A stretch of DNA of 64,000 bases, from positions 32,001 to 96,000 of the IMG/VR virus record IMGVR_UViG_3300035698_017294. One strand, 5' to 3'. The position numbers and the translations under genes are program-made. Each line of letters starts with the position of its first letter. Position 1 is the first letter of the stretch. The notes below the pieces were generated by a model. That model was given only the letters and a program-made list of their open reading frames with translations. It did not search any database and was not told where the DNA came from. Shown in pieces: positions 17,050 through 26,900 of this stretch. The stretch is from a virus.

Positions 17050-17897
17050 TATTTTCTTAATCTTTTTCTAGTTTTGATTTCGGCTTCGGTTACCTGTTTA
17101 TCAGGACTCCCCAACATCTTTTCTATATCAGCACATCTTTTATATAGCATATCCATAGCTAATATTTCAAGACTAGCATGTTGATCGGTGCCCCAAAGTT
17201 TTTTAGATAGTGTAATATGCCTTTCAATTACTTTGGCGCCAAGTGATACCGCAAGAACGGTAGGTTCTAAATCTTCTTCGTGCCCTGAGTACCCTATTGT
17301 ACAACCATATCGTTGCCTTAGGGTATCTATCACACGCAAATTAATTTGATCGACAGGGGTCGGATATGCTGAATTACAATGCATAATCACTGGGTTATGC
17401 GTTTTGGAAATAATTAAATTAACAGCTGAATCTATCTCTTCTAATGTTGACATTCCCGTCGAGATTAGAAGTGGTATATTAGTAGAGCACAAACGACGAA
17501 TTAATTCTAAATCAGTAACTAGTGCTGAAGGTATTTTAATGAAAGGTGGGTTAAATTGTGTAATGAACTCTAAACTTGGAATATCCCATACTGATGCTGT
17601 CCAGTCAATTGGTTTTTGTTTGCAATAGGAATTTATGTCAGAATAATTTTTTGCAGTTAGTTCAACTTTATATCTATAGTCTAAATACGATATTCGCCCC
17701 CAAGGAGTATCACGCATTATATTTTTTTGATGTTCTGGAACACATGTAGCTGGGTCACGTTTTTGAAATTTGGCACAATCCCAGTTACACGCAAAAACTG
17801 CATCTAGCAATTTCTTAACAATGCTCATATCCCCGTTATGGTTAATTCCTATTTCGCCAACAAAGTAAGGTTTTTCTAGGGCGTTAAAATCTACCAT
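17049..17897 (-). CDS. NeuB/SpsE/PseI-family nonulosonic acid synthase
   Basis: GEIGINHNGD, AKFQKR, KIPS, STGMST, MHCNSAYP, GYSGHE, IERHITL. Confidence 0.92.
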   Translation of the reverse strand: MVDFNALEKPYFVGEIGINHNGDMSIVKKLLDAVFACNWDCAKFQKRDPATCVPEHQKNIMRDTPWGRISYLDYRYKVELTAKNYSDINSYCKQKPIDWTASVWDIPSLEFITQFNPPFIKIPSALVTDLELIRRLCSTNIPLLISTGMSTLEEIDSAVNLIISKTHNPVIMHCNSAYPTPVDQINLRVIDTLRQRYGCTIGYSGHEEDLEPTVLAVSLGAKVIERHITLSKKLWGTDQHASLEILAMDMLYKRCADIEKMLGSPDKQVTEAEIKTRKRLRK

Positions 17898-18571
17898 GCT
17901 GTCCATCCCCCATCTACTACTATATTTGATCCAGTCATATAGGAACAGTTTTTTGAGCACATGTAGTTTAAAAGTTCATTTAATTCGTTATTTGCCATCA
18001 TTCGCTTTAAAGGAGTATGTTCAGCATATTTATCTTTAAAATCCTTGCTTTGCTCAAATAGTACGCCCCCCGGGCTTACACAATTAACTAGGAATTGTGG
18101 AGAGAGGTGTGTAGCGAGATGTTTTGTAAGTTGTATAACTCCTGCCTTAGAAACACTATACCCGATATGTTTTTCGCCTGCTTCATATAGATCAGGCCTA
18201 GGTGAGACTAAACCATATGTAGAAGATACATTAACTATATGCCCAATTTTATTGTTAGCGGCGAAAGCTCTACAAACAGAAAATAGTGCTACTAGATTTA
18301 TGTCAAGGTAATCTTTAAAAGAGCTAAGAGAGATATCGAACAGAGTTTGGCATTTTCCGGAGTTATCGACGTGATCATTCAAAGCGAACATGTTTATTAA
18401 ATAGTTAGCTTTATTATGAGTGAAGAAATGATTAACTTCTTTTTCGTTTGTTAGGTCGTTACCCAGTTTAGTGTCACATCTAATAACTTGTGTTTCTTTT
18501 TGCTCCTCAAGAAATGCACTTATGCTTGATCCAATTAATCCTTCTGAGCCGGTAACTATTATAGTTCTCAT
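17891..18571 (-). CDS. Short-chain dehydrogenase/reductase
   Basis: TGSEGLIG, SSTYG, YSVSK, VNCVSPGG, TGSNIVVDGG. Confidence 0.9.
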   Translation of the reverse strand: MRTIIVTGSEGLIGSSISAFLEEQKETQVIRCDTKLGNDLTNEKEVNHFFTHNKANYLINMFALNDHVDNSGKCQTLFDISLSSFKDYLDINLVALFSVCRAFAANNKIGHIVNVSSTYGLVSPRPDLYEAGEKHIGYSVSKAGVIQLTKHLATHLSPQFLVNCVSPGGVLFEQSKDFKDKYAEHTPLKRMMANNELNELLNYMCSKNCSYMTGSNIVVDGGWTAW

Positions 18572-19761
18572 TTGAAAAGTTCTCTTATTGCTTTTTCCAA
18601 TATTTCAGCCTGCTTATCGGCTTCTGACTTATTATAGTTTGTTTGGAAAACCATTAGATTTTTTTGGAGTGACTCTGCAATTGGGCATAGCCCAGGTTTG
18701 TATGAAATATTACCGTATATCTCAGGTAATCTTTTTCTAAACTCTCCTGTTTGCATTAATGGCTCCAGGTAAGGCACGCTCCAAGCACTGTAAAATGCTT
18801 CTCCACCCAGTTCTACAACTTTAGTTTGAAACTCTTTCCAACTTACTCCGTGTGTACTGCCGTTAAATCGGGCAGCAACTGACCAGTAGGAATGGATTGC
18901 ATTAGAAGAAATAGTTTGTAATCCAAATATACCTTGCCCAGTGTTAAGTGCACGGGAAATAATTTCGCCAGCGTAATACCTTTTTTGGACTAAATCTTCT
19001 AATTGCTCTAGTTGCCCCAGGGCCACAGCTGAACATAACTCTGATAATCTGTAATTCCAGCCTAGTGAATCATGTCTTTTGTATAAAGGATCCTTAAAAA
19101 CTATTGGGTCAAGCTTGACTTTTCCTTCATCTGCTTTTAAAGCTTTAAAACCGTGGCCTCCTAATTTTCGCGCTTTAACTGCTAAGTCTGCATTATCGGT
19201 GATTAATATTCCCCCTTCCCCGCAGGACAGATGCTTTGAAGTTTCGAAACTGAAACTTGACATATCGCCGTGTTCCCCAACTATTTTATTATTATAAACT
19301 CCTAAAAAGCATTCTGCATTATCCTCGATTACGGGAATACCATGCCGTTTTGATATTTCCATAATGGCTTTCATGTCGCAAGGTACTCCGTAGACACTTA
19401 CAGTCATAATGGCTTTAGTTTTTTTGGTTATTTTATTTTTTATACTTTCAGGATCTATAGTAAAAGTATAGGGAGACACATCAGCGTAGACTGGAATAGC
19501 GTTAGCGTGTAAAGTGGCTGCTGTATTCATTATCACAGTAAGTGCTGGGGAGATAACCTCATCTCCCGCTCGAACACCCACAGCTTCTAAAGCTGCGTGT
19601 AGGGTTGATGTGCCAGAATTAAAGGCTATTCCGTATTTTTTGTTGAACTTATTAGCGAAAGCTTTTTCAAGCGTAGTAGTGAAATCACCTTGTGTAGCAC
19701 TATGTTTATCCTCAAACAAAACCTGCGCAAGGTATTTTAGTTCGTTTCCATCATATTTCAT
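18568..19761 (-). CDS. DegT/DnrJ sugar aminotransferase
   Basis: FNSGTSTLH, IEDNAE, SFETSKHLSCGEGG (Lys retained), GWNYRLSE. Confidence 0.92.
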   Translation of the reverse strand: MKYDGNELKYLAQVLFEDKHSATQGDFTTTLEKAFANKFNKKYGIAFNSGTSTLHAALEAVGVRAGDEVISPALTVIMNTAATLHANAIPVYADVSPYTFTIDPESIKNKITKKTKAIMTVSVYGVPCDMKAIMEISKRHGIPVIEDNAECFLGVYNNKIVGEHGDMSSFSFETSKHLSCGEGGILITDNADLAVKARKLGGHGFKALKADEGKVKLDPIVFKDPLYKRHDSLGWNYRLSELCSAVALGQLEQLEDLVQKRYYAGEIISRALNTGQGIFGLQTISSNAIHSYWSVAARFNGSTHGVSWKEFQTKVVELGGEAFYSAWSVPYLEPLMQTGEFRKRLPEIYGNISYKPGLCPIAESLQKNLMVFQTNYNKSEADKQAEILEKAIRELFK

Positions 19762-20521
19762 GTTTTATCTTAAAGTTTGTTGTTTTTAATTGGTTTTGCC
19801 GCCACTCAGCATGTCTAAACATATTGGTGTTTTTCAAGTGCTTATTAGCATTTATGTACTCCAATATTTCTTTTAACGTGCATTCCTTTTGTAGTACAAA
19901 ACTGTGGCCTAGCCCTGTTATGAGATGTTTGAAAAAGTCTAAATCCTCTTTGTAATCTAAAGTTAATCGAATTGTGTTATCCTTATACCCATCAGGTACG
20001 GATTTTAATTGGCTTATATCGATATTTGGTATTTTGGTAAAATAAGGTTCTATCATTTCAGTATCATCTGTATCTTTTATATCACAAACGTGTTGTAACG
20101 CTTTGCGGCTTATCCCATAAGTAAACCCACCGCATACGATACTGGGGCTATAAATAAAATCGTTACCTAAATGCTCGTGTTGGGAAAATGCTAAATCTGC
20201 CAGATGTGGATCACACAATAAATCGTCTCCGTCAGCCGTTACGAAAAAGTTTATATTAAAAGCTTTGCATGCGCTATTCCAGCGAATAAGTTTATCAGTT
20301 TTACTTCCTCTAAAATATTGTATATCGTGCTTAATTGCTAATTCGCATAGTTTGTCGTCTTCGGAATTTTCTGTTGTACACAATATTATTTTGCCAGCCA
20401 AAAGACTATGCTTCATTCTCAGTATCACGTAGACGATTGTGGGAATTCCACATATAGTTAAAAGTGCCTTATTTGGTAATCGCTTTGAGCCTGTTCTGAC
20501 TGTAATAAAAATTGCATTCAT
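19751..20521 (-). CDS. Cytidylyltransferase (SpsF/NeuA/KdsB-like)
   Basis: VRTGSKRLPNKAL, FRGS..DKL, ADGDD, RLTLDY.ED. Confidence 0.88.
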   Translation of the reverse strand: MNAIFITVRTGSKRLPNKALLTICGIPTIVYVILRMKHSLLAGKIILCTTENSEDDKLCELAIKHDIQYFRGSKTDKLIRWNSACKAFNINFFVTADGDDLLCDPHLADLAFSQHEHLGNDFIYSPSIVCGGFTYGISRKALQHVCDIKDTDDTEMIEPYFTKIPNIDISQLKSVPDGYKDNTIRLTLDYKEDLDFFKHLITGLGHSFVLQKECTLKEILEYINANKHLKNTNMFRHAEWRQNQLKTTNFKIKHEI

Positions 20522-21939
20522 ACTTGCCTAAATCCTCTAAAATCGCTATTATGTTCTAAATATAAAAGTCTCGATTGTTCCCTACTAATGTTCAATTTTT
20601 TAGAGTAGTAGTTATTAATTAAGATCTGATTTGCTTCGAATAGGGCTTTATGAAATCCATCGTCAGTTAAATTGGTAAAATTTATAGTTAGCAAATCTGA
20701 ATTTAAATGTTTAGTTTCGTAGAAATCTTGTACTGGATTATCTTTAGATAATAATCCTTGGTCTACGGCGTAGTTAAATAAGGGAGTACCAGGATAAGGT
20801 GTGACAGGCCTAATAGTACGCAATTCGGCACAATTATCGTACTTTAATAGGAAGTCGACTCCCTTTCTCAAGGTATCACAGGTTTCTCCAAGATTCCCCC
20901 ATATTATATTAAACCCGATGTGGATATTTTCTTTTTGTGTAGCTTCGATACCTTTTATTATGGTTGAAACTGTTAGTGATTTATTCATTAATTCTAATGC
21001 ATTATCATCCATAGATTCTATGCCGTAATTAATGTATATGCATCCTGCTTTTTTCATCAACGCTAAGATTTTACTATTCGCATAATTTAGTCTTCCGTTG
21101 CATTCCCAAGTAAACTTTCTATACTTTTCTTGGTATCTTATAAAACTCTCGCAAAGTGAAGTTATTCGTTTTTCCCCCAACATTAACAGTTCATCTGAAA
21201 ATACAAAATAGTTGATATCATGTAAGTTTTGTAAGTAACTTATTTCGTGTATAATGCTTTCTGCACTTCTACTTCTATGCCCTTTATCCATTCTATAGCA
21301 AAAGTTACAACGAAATGGGCATCCTCGTCCAGATAGTATTGGCATAGAGAAGTCAGTAGCTTTAATCCAAGGCGTGCGTATTAATTTGTAATGGTTTATG
21401 GGGAATGAATCGTAGGCAGGCATTGGTAATTTATCAATATTTTTAATCTGGTCTCTTGCTGAATTTATTCTTATCTCGTTATTTTCTTGATAAGCTATGC
21501 CAGGAATATTGGTAAAATTTGTATTACTTTTAAAGGCTTGCACTACTTCTTTAATCGTTTCTTCTCCCTCCCCCATAACAACAAGGTCGGCATTAGTTTT
21601 ATTTAAGAAATATTTGGGATCAGGTGAGGGCCCGTGTCCGCCCAATAGGAATAAAGCTGGTCTGTTTTTTGAGTGGTTAATAGCATTCGAGAGCCCGATT
21701 AATTTTTTAAATTGCCAATAACCTGCTATAACCCCTATTCCTATTAAATCGAAAGGTTCTTCTGTATCCAGATAATTGGTTAAGGCACTATCGGGGCTAT
21801 GATTTATATCTTGATGATAAAATGATAAATCACAGTCTTGTCGTAACACACTTGCTAGTGCTGCGATTCCTTGCGGAAACCAACTTATATGTGATTCATT
21901 GTCGTAAATAACAAAAAGAAAACGTGGGTTATTTTTCAT
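20518..21939 (-). CDS. B12-binding radical SAM protein
   Basis: LGGHGPS, VMGEGEET, SGRGCPFRCNFC, YGIES, TPYPGTPL. Confidence 0.92.
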   Translation of the reverse strand: MKNNPRFLFVIYDNESHISWFPQGIAALASVLRQDCDLSFYHQDINHSPDSALTNYLDTEEPFDLIGIGVIAGYWQFKKLIGLSNAINHSKNRPALFLLGGHGPSPDPKYFLNKTNADLVVMGEGEETIKEVVQAFKSNTNFTNIPGIAYQENNEIRINSARDQIKNIDKLPMPAYDSFPINHYKLIRTPWIKATDFSMPILSGRGCPFRCNFCYRMDKGHRSRSAESIIHEISYLQNLHDINYFVFSDELLMLGEKRITSLCESFIRYQEKYRKFTWECNGRLNYANSKILALMKKAGCIYINYGIESMDDNALELMNKSLTVSTIIKGIEATQKENIHIGFNIIWGNLGETCDTLRKGVDFLLKYDNCAELRTIRPVTPYPGTPLFNYAVDQGLLSKDNPVQDFYETKHLNSDLLTINFTNLTDDGFHKALFEANQILINNYYSKKLNISREQSRLLYLEHNSDFRGFRQV

Positions 21940-22726
21940 GTAAGCTACCTAACTCAAAACTACTATACCATGGGTCCTTTGTGGTATTTATTATTTGAAT
22001 ATTTAAGTTTTGTGCTGATCCTTGCAAAATGTCAAAGTCCTTTTTAACTCGCGGTCTGGCGTTATCCAATCCTCCTACGTCAGGTGATCCTTGTTTATTA
22101 GTAATAATAGTTCCCGGTTTTAAAGCTTTTGCGTATAGGTCTCCACCTCGTGTGTAACTCATATCCATGCCTAAAAGGTAAATTGGATTACATCCCATAA
22201 TAATAGCTGCCGCTATCATATGTAGTGAAACTGAGTCACCGCTACTATAATGTTCTGGGTAATTTGATAATTTTTGGACTTGCTCTTGTATACATAATTG
22301 GTTCTTGTCAATTCGACTACAACAGGATATTCCATTTTTATAGATTTGTCTAGAGCCGTGCGCTGGGCAAGGTTGAGTATTGAAATGTCTTTGATCATAT
22401 CCTAGAAAATCACAAGATAGGTTAGCGTCTATAAAGGAATAGGGAGTTAAATCTATATTGCGAGCATATAAGACGGTAGCGCCTACCTCATTCATTTTTC
22501 TGTGATGCACGGTTATCGACTCCGAACCGCTAGCTAATACCCAATAGTTTGGCTTTGTTTCTATATGCGTGAACCAATCGTTACATGAAAATTGAAGTGA
22601 CGCAGGGTTTTCTTCCATGTAGGTATAAGCTTTCTCTAACTCGTTATTTAAACTGGGACCGTGGCCCATAATCAGAGCTGTTATATTTTTGTGCTTATCT
22701 ACTATATCGTTTAAGTGTAATTTCAT
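21929..22726 (-). CDS. MAF/DUF115-like protein (possible nonulosonic-acid transferase)
   Basis: ALIMGHGPSL, SV..HMIAAAIIMGCNPIYLLGMD, IINTT. Confidence 0.7.
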   Translation of the reverse strand: MKLHLNDIVDKHKNITALIMGHGPSLNNELEKAYTYMEENPASLQFSCNDWFTHIETKPNYWVLASGSESITVHHRKMNEVGATVLYARNIDLTPYSFIDANLSCDFLGYDQRHFNTQPCPAHGSRQIYKNGISCCSRIDKNQLCIQEQVQKLSNYPEHYSSGDSVSLHMIAAAIIMGCNPIYLLGMDMSYTRGGDLYAKALKPGTIITNKQGSPDVGGLDNARPRVKKDFDILQGSAQNLNIQIINTTKDPWYSSFELGSLHEK

Positions 22727-23556
22727 AGCACGCCTTTTAGTATGTTTTCATACATCCAATCCTCTGTAATTGCGTATTGCTGAAAGCTTTGAAAATTGGA
22801 TTTTACAGCTTTGGCTCTTCTATCATAATCTTCATCTGCCAAAGAGGTCAATATTGATTCTAATTCTTTTAAATTAGTAAAATGTAATATACCTTCGGGG
22901 TCAAAGAAGTCTTTTATATTGGGGCATCCCCAATATATAGGTATGGTACCGACAGCAAAGCAATCTAGTAATTTTTCTGTAAAGTAATTTTCAGCTTTGC
23001 AGTTTTCTGTGACCACGGAGAATCGGTATTTTTTTAAACCTTCTTCTTTCCGGCTTAGTCGCACTCCGGTTCCTGTTCCATACAAATCTATAAGGTGTTT
23101 AAAGCGCAAAGCCGCAGCATGGCGAAATTGGTGTCCTAGAGTAGATTTTTTAGTGGAGTAAATCATAGAAACGCTTTTGGTTTTTTGATGAATTTGGTAC
23201 TGTGTTTCCGGTATCCAGCAACCTCCGAATGGAATAAATTTGGTTTTATTGGGGAATTGTGCTAGTAGCTTACTATCGTGAGTCATTGTAAAATCTAATA
23301 GATCTTTGTAGTTTTCAAAGCTTTCATAGCGCGCAGTAGCGTCCATTAATGTATTTTGTCGATTCTCAAGTAACCAGCCTATTTTTATTTTGGAGTTTAC
23401 AGCCTTTATTAAATCTTGGCGAAGATTACGATCGGTAAAAATAGTAATACCATTCCAGTTAAGCTGATCCCGAATATATTCTATTTTGTTAGAATCTTTA
23501 TCGTGTACTGATATTTTAAGATGTCGGAATTCATCATCGAATAAGTTTAATTTCAC
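22723..23556 (-). CDS. GT10-like fucosyltransferase
   Basis: YRFSVVTEN..NYFTEKLLDCF..GTIPIYWG. Confidence 0.85.
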   Translation of the reverse strand: MKLNLFDDEFRHLKISVHDKDSNKIEYIRDQLNWNGITIFTDRNLRQDLIKAVNSKIKIGWLLENRQNTLMDATARYESFENYKDLLDFTMTHDSKLLAQFPNKTKFIPFGGCWIPETQYQIHQKTKSVSMIYSTKKSTLGHQFRHAAALRFKHLIDLYGTGTGVRLSRKEEGLKKYRFSVVTENCKAENYFTEKLLDCFAVGTIPIYWGCPNIKDFFDPEGILHFTNLKELESILTSLADEDYDRRAKAVKSNFQSFQQYAITEDWMYENILKGVL

Positions 23557-24299
23557 ATTTTAATCCAATCTAACGGTAGCAAATCTGATAAATCATAGTT
23601 ACACTTTTTAATACCAAGCCACAACTTAGGTGCTACTACCTGTTTATTTGGGTTCACTCCAAGCCATGCACTCCACCAACTAAAACTACTATTGGCAATT
23701 ATGTGATTATCGCATAATGACTGCACGGCCATATCCACATATTGATTATTACCTTCGATAAATATGGAACGACTGTCTGCTAAATTTTCTTTACACCAAT
23801 TTATATCGTCTGATGTTATTATAAAATTACTATCTGGGAATTTATCTTTTGCTTGAGTATAATACTCTGTGCTACAAATTGGAAAACTTTCTGGTTTTGT
23901 TAAGTAGTCGCCTCTACGTACATGAAGGCTTGTATTGATACCAGCGGGTAAAAGTTTTTTTGCTTTATTTAAGATAAATGGTCTAAAAGTAAAATCTTTT
24001 CGTATTACATCTTCTATAGCTTTAAAGTATTTCTCTGATTGGAAATAGCCATATAGATCGCAGTTATCTGGGCAGTTAAAGAGATCGGACCAGTAATGAA
24101 AATGAAGTTCTTGTACAATAGAAGCATCTGGCACTATCCCAGCTATAGCATCTAATAGAAAACATTTAAACAAATGGTGTCCGCTAAGCGGTAAGCACAT
24201 TTCATAATTATTCTTTAGTGCAACAGCTTTAAGTGCTGCGTACTGGAACATTTGGTTTCCTAAATGTCCGTACGAGCCTAATTTAGAAAAGGTAATCAT
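23553..24299 (-). CDS. GT11 alpha-1,2-fucosyl/colitosyltransferase
   Basis: GHLGNQMFQYA, GYFQSEKYF, HVRRGDY, SDDINWC, IIANSSFSWW. Confidence 0.92.
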   Translation of the reverse strand: MITFSKLGSYGHLGNQMFQYAALKAVALKNNYEMCLPLSGHHLFKCFLLDAIAGIVPDASIVQELHFHYWSDLFNCPDNCDLYGYFQSEKYFKAIEDVIRKDFTFRPFILNKAKKLLPAGINTSLHVRRGDYLTKPESFPICSTEYYTQAKDKFPDSNFIITSDDINWCKENLADSRSIFIEGNNQYVDMAVQSLCDNHIIANSSFSWWSAWLGVNPNKQVVAPKLWLGIKKCNYDLSDLLPLDWIKM

Positions 24300-24973
24300 T
24301 TAAAAATCTCCATTGCGCTTACTTCTTCCCCGATAAAGTTAACCGCTTTATCGTGGTATTGTGCTATAGCTTTGGCTCCAACATGCCCAATATGCTCTAC
24401 TATAGAGGGTAAGGTACAAATTAAATTACCTCCATATTTTTTAACATCTGTAGTTAAAGCCCAATCCCACTCTTCTCCTATTTTAAAAGGATGCTTCTCA
24501 AAATAGTCCATAGCGATTAATAAATTAGCTCCGCCTATTGATGTTTTAGTACAATAATGTCCATGATCGTCTATTAAATCATGCTGGTTAGTTCGTGTAT
24601 CAAAACCAGTAATAACTGGCTGTTGGGTTTCCTGGTATAATTTAACAAGAGCCGTTATCCAATCTTTTGAATACAGCATATCTGCGTCGGTAACTAAAAA
24701 GTATGGAACCTTTTCTACAAGCTTGCGTATTCTAATGTCTTGCGCTATGCGCATTACCTTGCACAATGGAATTCCTATATGCCTATGTACTTGATAGGTC
24801 CATTTATACTCTAAAGCTACACTTCGTAATTGCGCTTGTAAATTTTCGTTAGACCCGTCATCCATAATAATGACTTCGATATCTTCCGGGGTACTAGAAT
24901 TAAAGAGGCTAGTTAAACTACGCAATGTAATGTCATCACGGTTATAAGTGCTTATATATAATGGTATTTTCAT
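24296..24973 (-). CDS. Glycosyltransferase family 2
   Basis: STYNR, IIMDDGS, TDADM, PSIVEHIG. Confidence 0.85.
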   Translation of the reverse strand: MKIPLYISTYNRDDITLRSLTSLFNSSTPEDIEVIIMDDGSNENLQAQLRSVALEYKWTYQVHRHIGIPLCKVMRIAQDIRIRKLVEKVPYFLVTDADMLYSKDWITALVKLYQETQQPVITGFDTRTNQHDLIDDHGHYCTKTSIGGANLLIAMDYFEKHPFKIGEEWDWALTTDVKKYGGNLICTLPSIVEHIGHVGAKAIAQYHDKAVNFIGEEVSAMEIFK

Positions 24974-25623
24974 TTATTAAAGGGCCTTTCGTATTTTTCA
25001 TGCCCGGGCATTCCTCCCCACTTTCTAATGTAATACGTTTGACTACGTTGAAAATAAACTTGCAGTTCAGGCGTTTTTTCTAATGTTTGGGAAACTAACT
25101 TAACTTCGGGTGATAACTCATCTACCAATAAGCACCATTTATCTGGAGCTCCAAGATTACATCGATACATAATATCATTGTCTTCATACCAAGCTGGCCA
25201 AATGATTTCGTCTGCATATTTTCCAGGTGCATATTCTAAGAATTCTGCTCCTTTTCGATTTAGCGCCCATGCAGCAAATCCGCTCGTAGCTCGCATAAAC
25301 CAGTACGGAGTGGTCTTTAGATAATTTTTAATTATCTCTATTTGGCCCTGCCCATATCTTATGTCATCATTTAGTATTAGTAAAAAGTCTATTTCTTTTT
25401 CTTTGAAGCTTCGGTTAATTGCACGATTCCAGCTTTTTGCGACCCCTAGATTTTTTGGTTGCGTGTCAATGAATACTTTTGGGTGATCTACGTGTATACT
25501 TTGATTTCCGTTATCCACTATATGTATATACTCAAAATGCTCAGACTGTGGTAATAGCGTATCCAAGGATTGTTCTAGTAAATCTTTCCTGTTCAGAGTA
25601 GGTATTGTAATTGCTAATTTCAC
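24970..25623 (-). CDS. Glycosyltransferase family 2
   Basis: IPTLNR, IVDNG, NLGVAKSWN, LNDD, YEDND, RKWGG. Confidence 0.85.
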   Translation of the reverse strand: MKLAITIPTLNRKDLLEQSLDTLLPQSEHFEYIHIVDNGNQSIHVDHPKVFIDTQPKNLGVAKSWNRAINRSFKEKEIDFLLILNDDIRYGQGQIEIIKNYLKTTPYWFMRATSGFAAWALNRKGAEFLEYAPGKYADEIIWPAWYEDNDIMYRCNLGAPDKWCLLVDELSPEVKLVSQTLEKTPELQVYFQRSQTYYIRKWGGMPGHEKYERPFNK

Positions 25624-26627
25624 GTATCTTCCTCTATAACAGCCTCAGATAGCGCTCCAGCTGCTACGGCGTGTAGCGGGTCCGCGACTAACTCGATACT
25701 TTTAATGTTAATTGGGAAGTCCAGTTCATCGTAAATTCTTTTGAACACGTCAATAAATCCGTCTGCCATCGAAGTTCCACCACCACATACAATCTTTACA
25801 GGTGTCTTAAAATGTGGCATACCTTCGCTTGTATTGAACAGGTGTGCTATATGAGTTAGGATATTTTTGATCGCATGGGTATAGTAGCTGCGTATAGCCA
25901 GTTGCTCTCTGCCAGCGTCCGATAAATTCTTAGTTAAAGAAAAGTCGGGGTCTTCCTTTATAGAAGTAATCTGTGGTATTGGGGTAGCTGTATCACGCGC
26001 TGCTTGTTGATCAATCCAGTCGCCTGATTTTGTAACACTAAAGTCTAGGGCAGCGACACCACGATACATCACAGTAACGTTAGCCATGCCGGCTCCCCAA
26101 GATATGGCTATCCCAGTGTAATCTTCGTCAGCCAAGGAACCATAGGCTAGGGCATGAGCTTCTTTAACTGTCTTTGGTGTATAGCCCAGGGATGCTAAAA
26201 TAGCGTCAATTACATCTGTGTGATAATTTGTATGCGCGTCAGAATCAATAGGTTTGGAGGGTGTTACATAGATACAGGTTTCGTCCTCAATCTCAGGATC
26301 GCCGAGAATGGCAGCTATTACAGCTTTAATAATTGGAAGAGCGTCTTTTTCAGACGGATTAAGTAACCCCAAAGCCATTGGACGCCGTAGCTCAATGTTG
26401 CCAAAAATATTAGCATAATCGTAAGCACCATTGCCAATAACGTATACATTGTCCCCAATGCGTACATAATTTATCCTCATTCGAACTAGTTCGTTTTTTC
26501 GTTGTTCCCACTTCCCCAAATAAACGAAAGCATTTCGTTCTGATGAAAACGTAGTTGTGTTCTTTTTACCTTTGGTTCGTCTAGCACCGACTATATTGCC
26601 GGTGCCAACATCAATTCCTACTGGCAT
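25620..26627 (-). CDS. Actin-fold ATPase (MreB/FtsA/ParM-like)
   Basis: GIDVGTGNI (phosphate 1), RRPM..G, EAHA, SWGAGM (phosphate 2), SGDWID, CGGGTS (adenosine), DPLHAVAAGA. Confidence 0.85.
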   Translation of the reverse strand: MPVGIDVGTGNIVGARRTKGKKNTTTFSSERNAFVYLGKWEQRKNELVRMRINYVRIGDNVYVIGNGAYDYANIFGNIELRRPMALGLLNPSEKDALPIIKAVIAAILGDPEIEDETCIYVTPSKPIDSDAHTNYHTDVIDAILASLGYTPKTVKEAHALAYGSLADEDYTGIAISWGAGMANVTVMYRGVAALDFSVTKSGDWIDQQAARDTATPIPQITSIKEDPDFSLTKNLSDAGREQLAIRSYYTHAIKNILTHIAHLFNTSEGMPHFKTPVKIVCGGGTSMADGFIDVFKRIYDELDFPINIKSIELVADPLHAVAAGALSEAVIEEDT

Positions 26628-26900
26628 TTATTTCTCCTCCGTATCAACACTGATGCGGCTTTCTACTGTTTCTATATCTGGCACACCGTAGCCGCCGACC
26701 AGGTCTCTTGAATCAATTGTTCGTACACCGTGTTTATCGCCCGGCTTCGTTGCCTTGTTGCTAACGTAACTGTTTTTGCGTGTACTAATTTCAATTAATC
26801 CCGATAGTAGATTCTGCAGCATTCTTTCATTATTCCGCATCGTCCCCAATACCTGCCAAGCACAGTACGCTATAGCTATGAGAAGGATTTCAGTAATCAT
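26628..26900 (-). CDS. Small protein with N-terminal transmembrane segment
   Basis: Hydrophobic N-terminus; abuts the actin-like gene. Confidence 0.6.
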   Translation of the reverse strand: MITEILLIAIAYCAWQVLGTMRNNERMLQNLLSGLIEISTRKNSYVSNKATKPGDKHGVRTIDSRDLVGGYGVPDIETVESRISVDTEEK

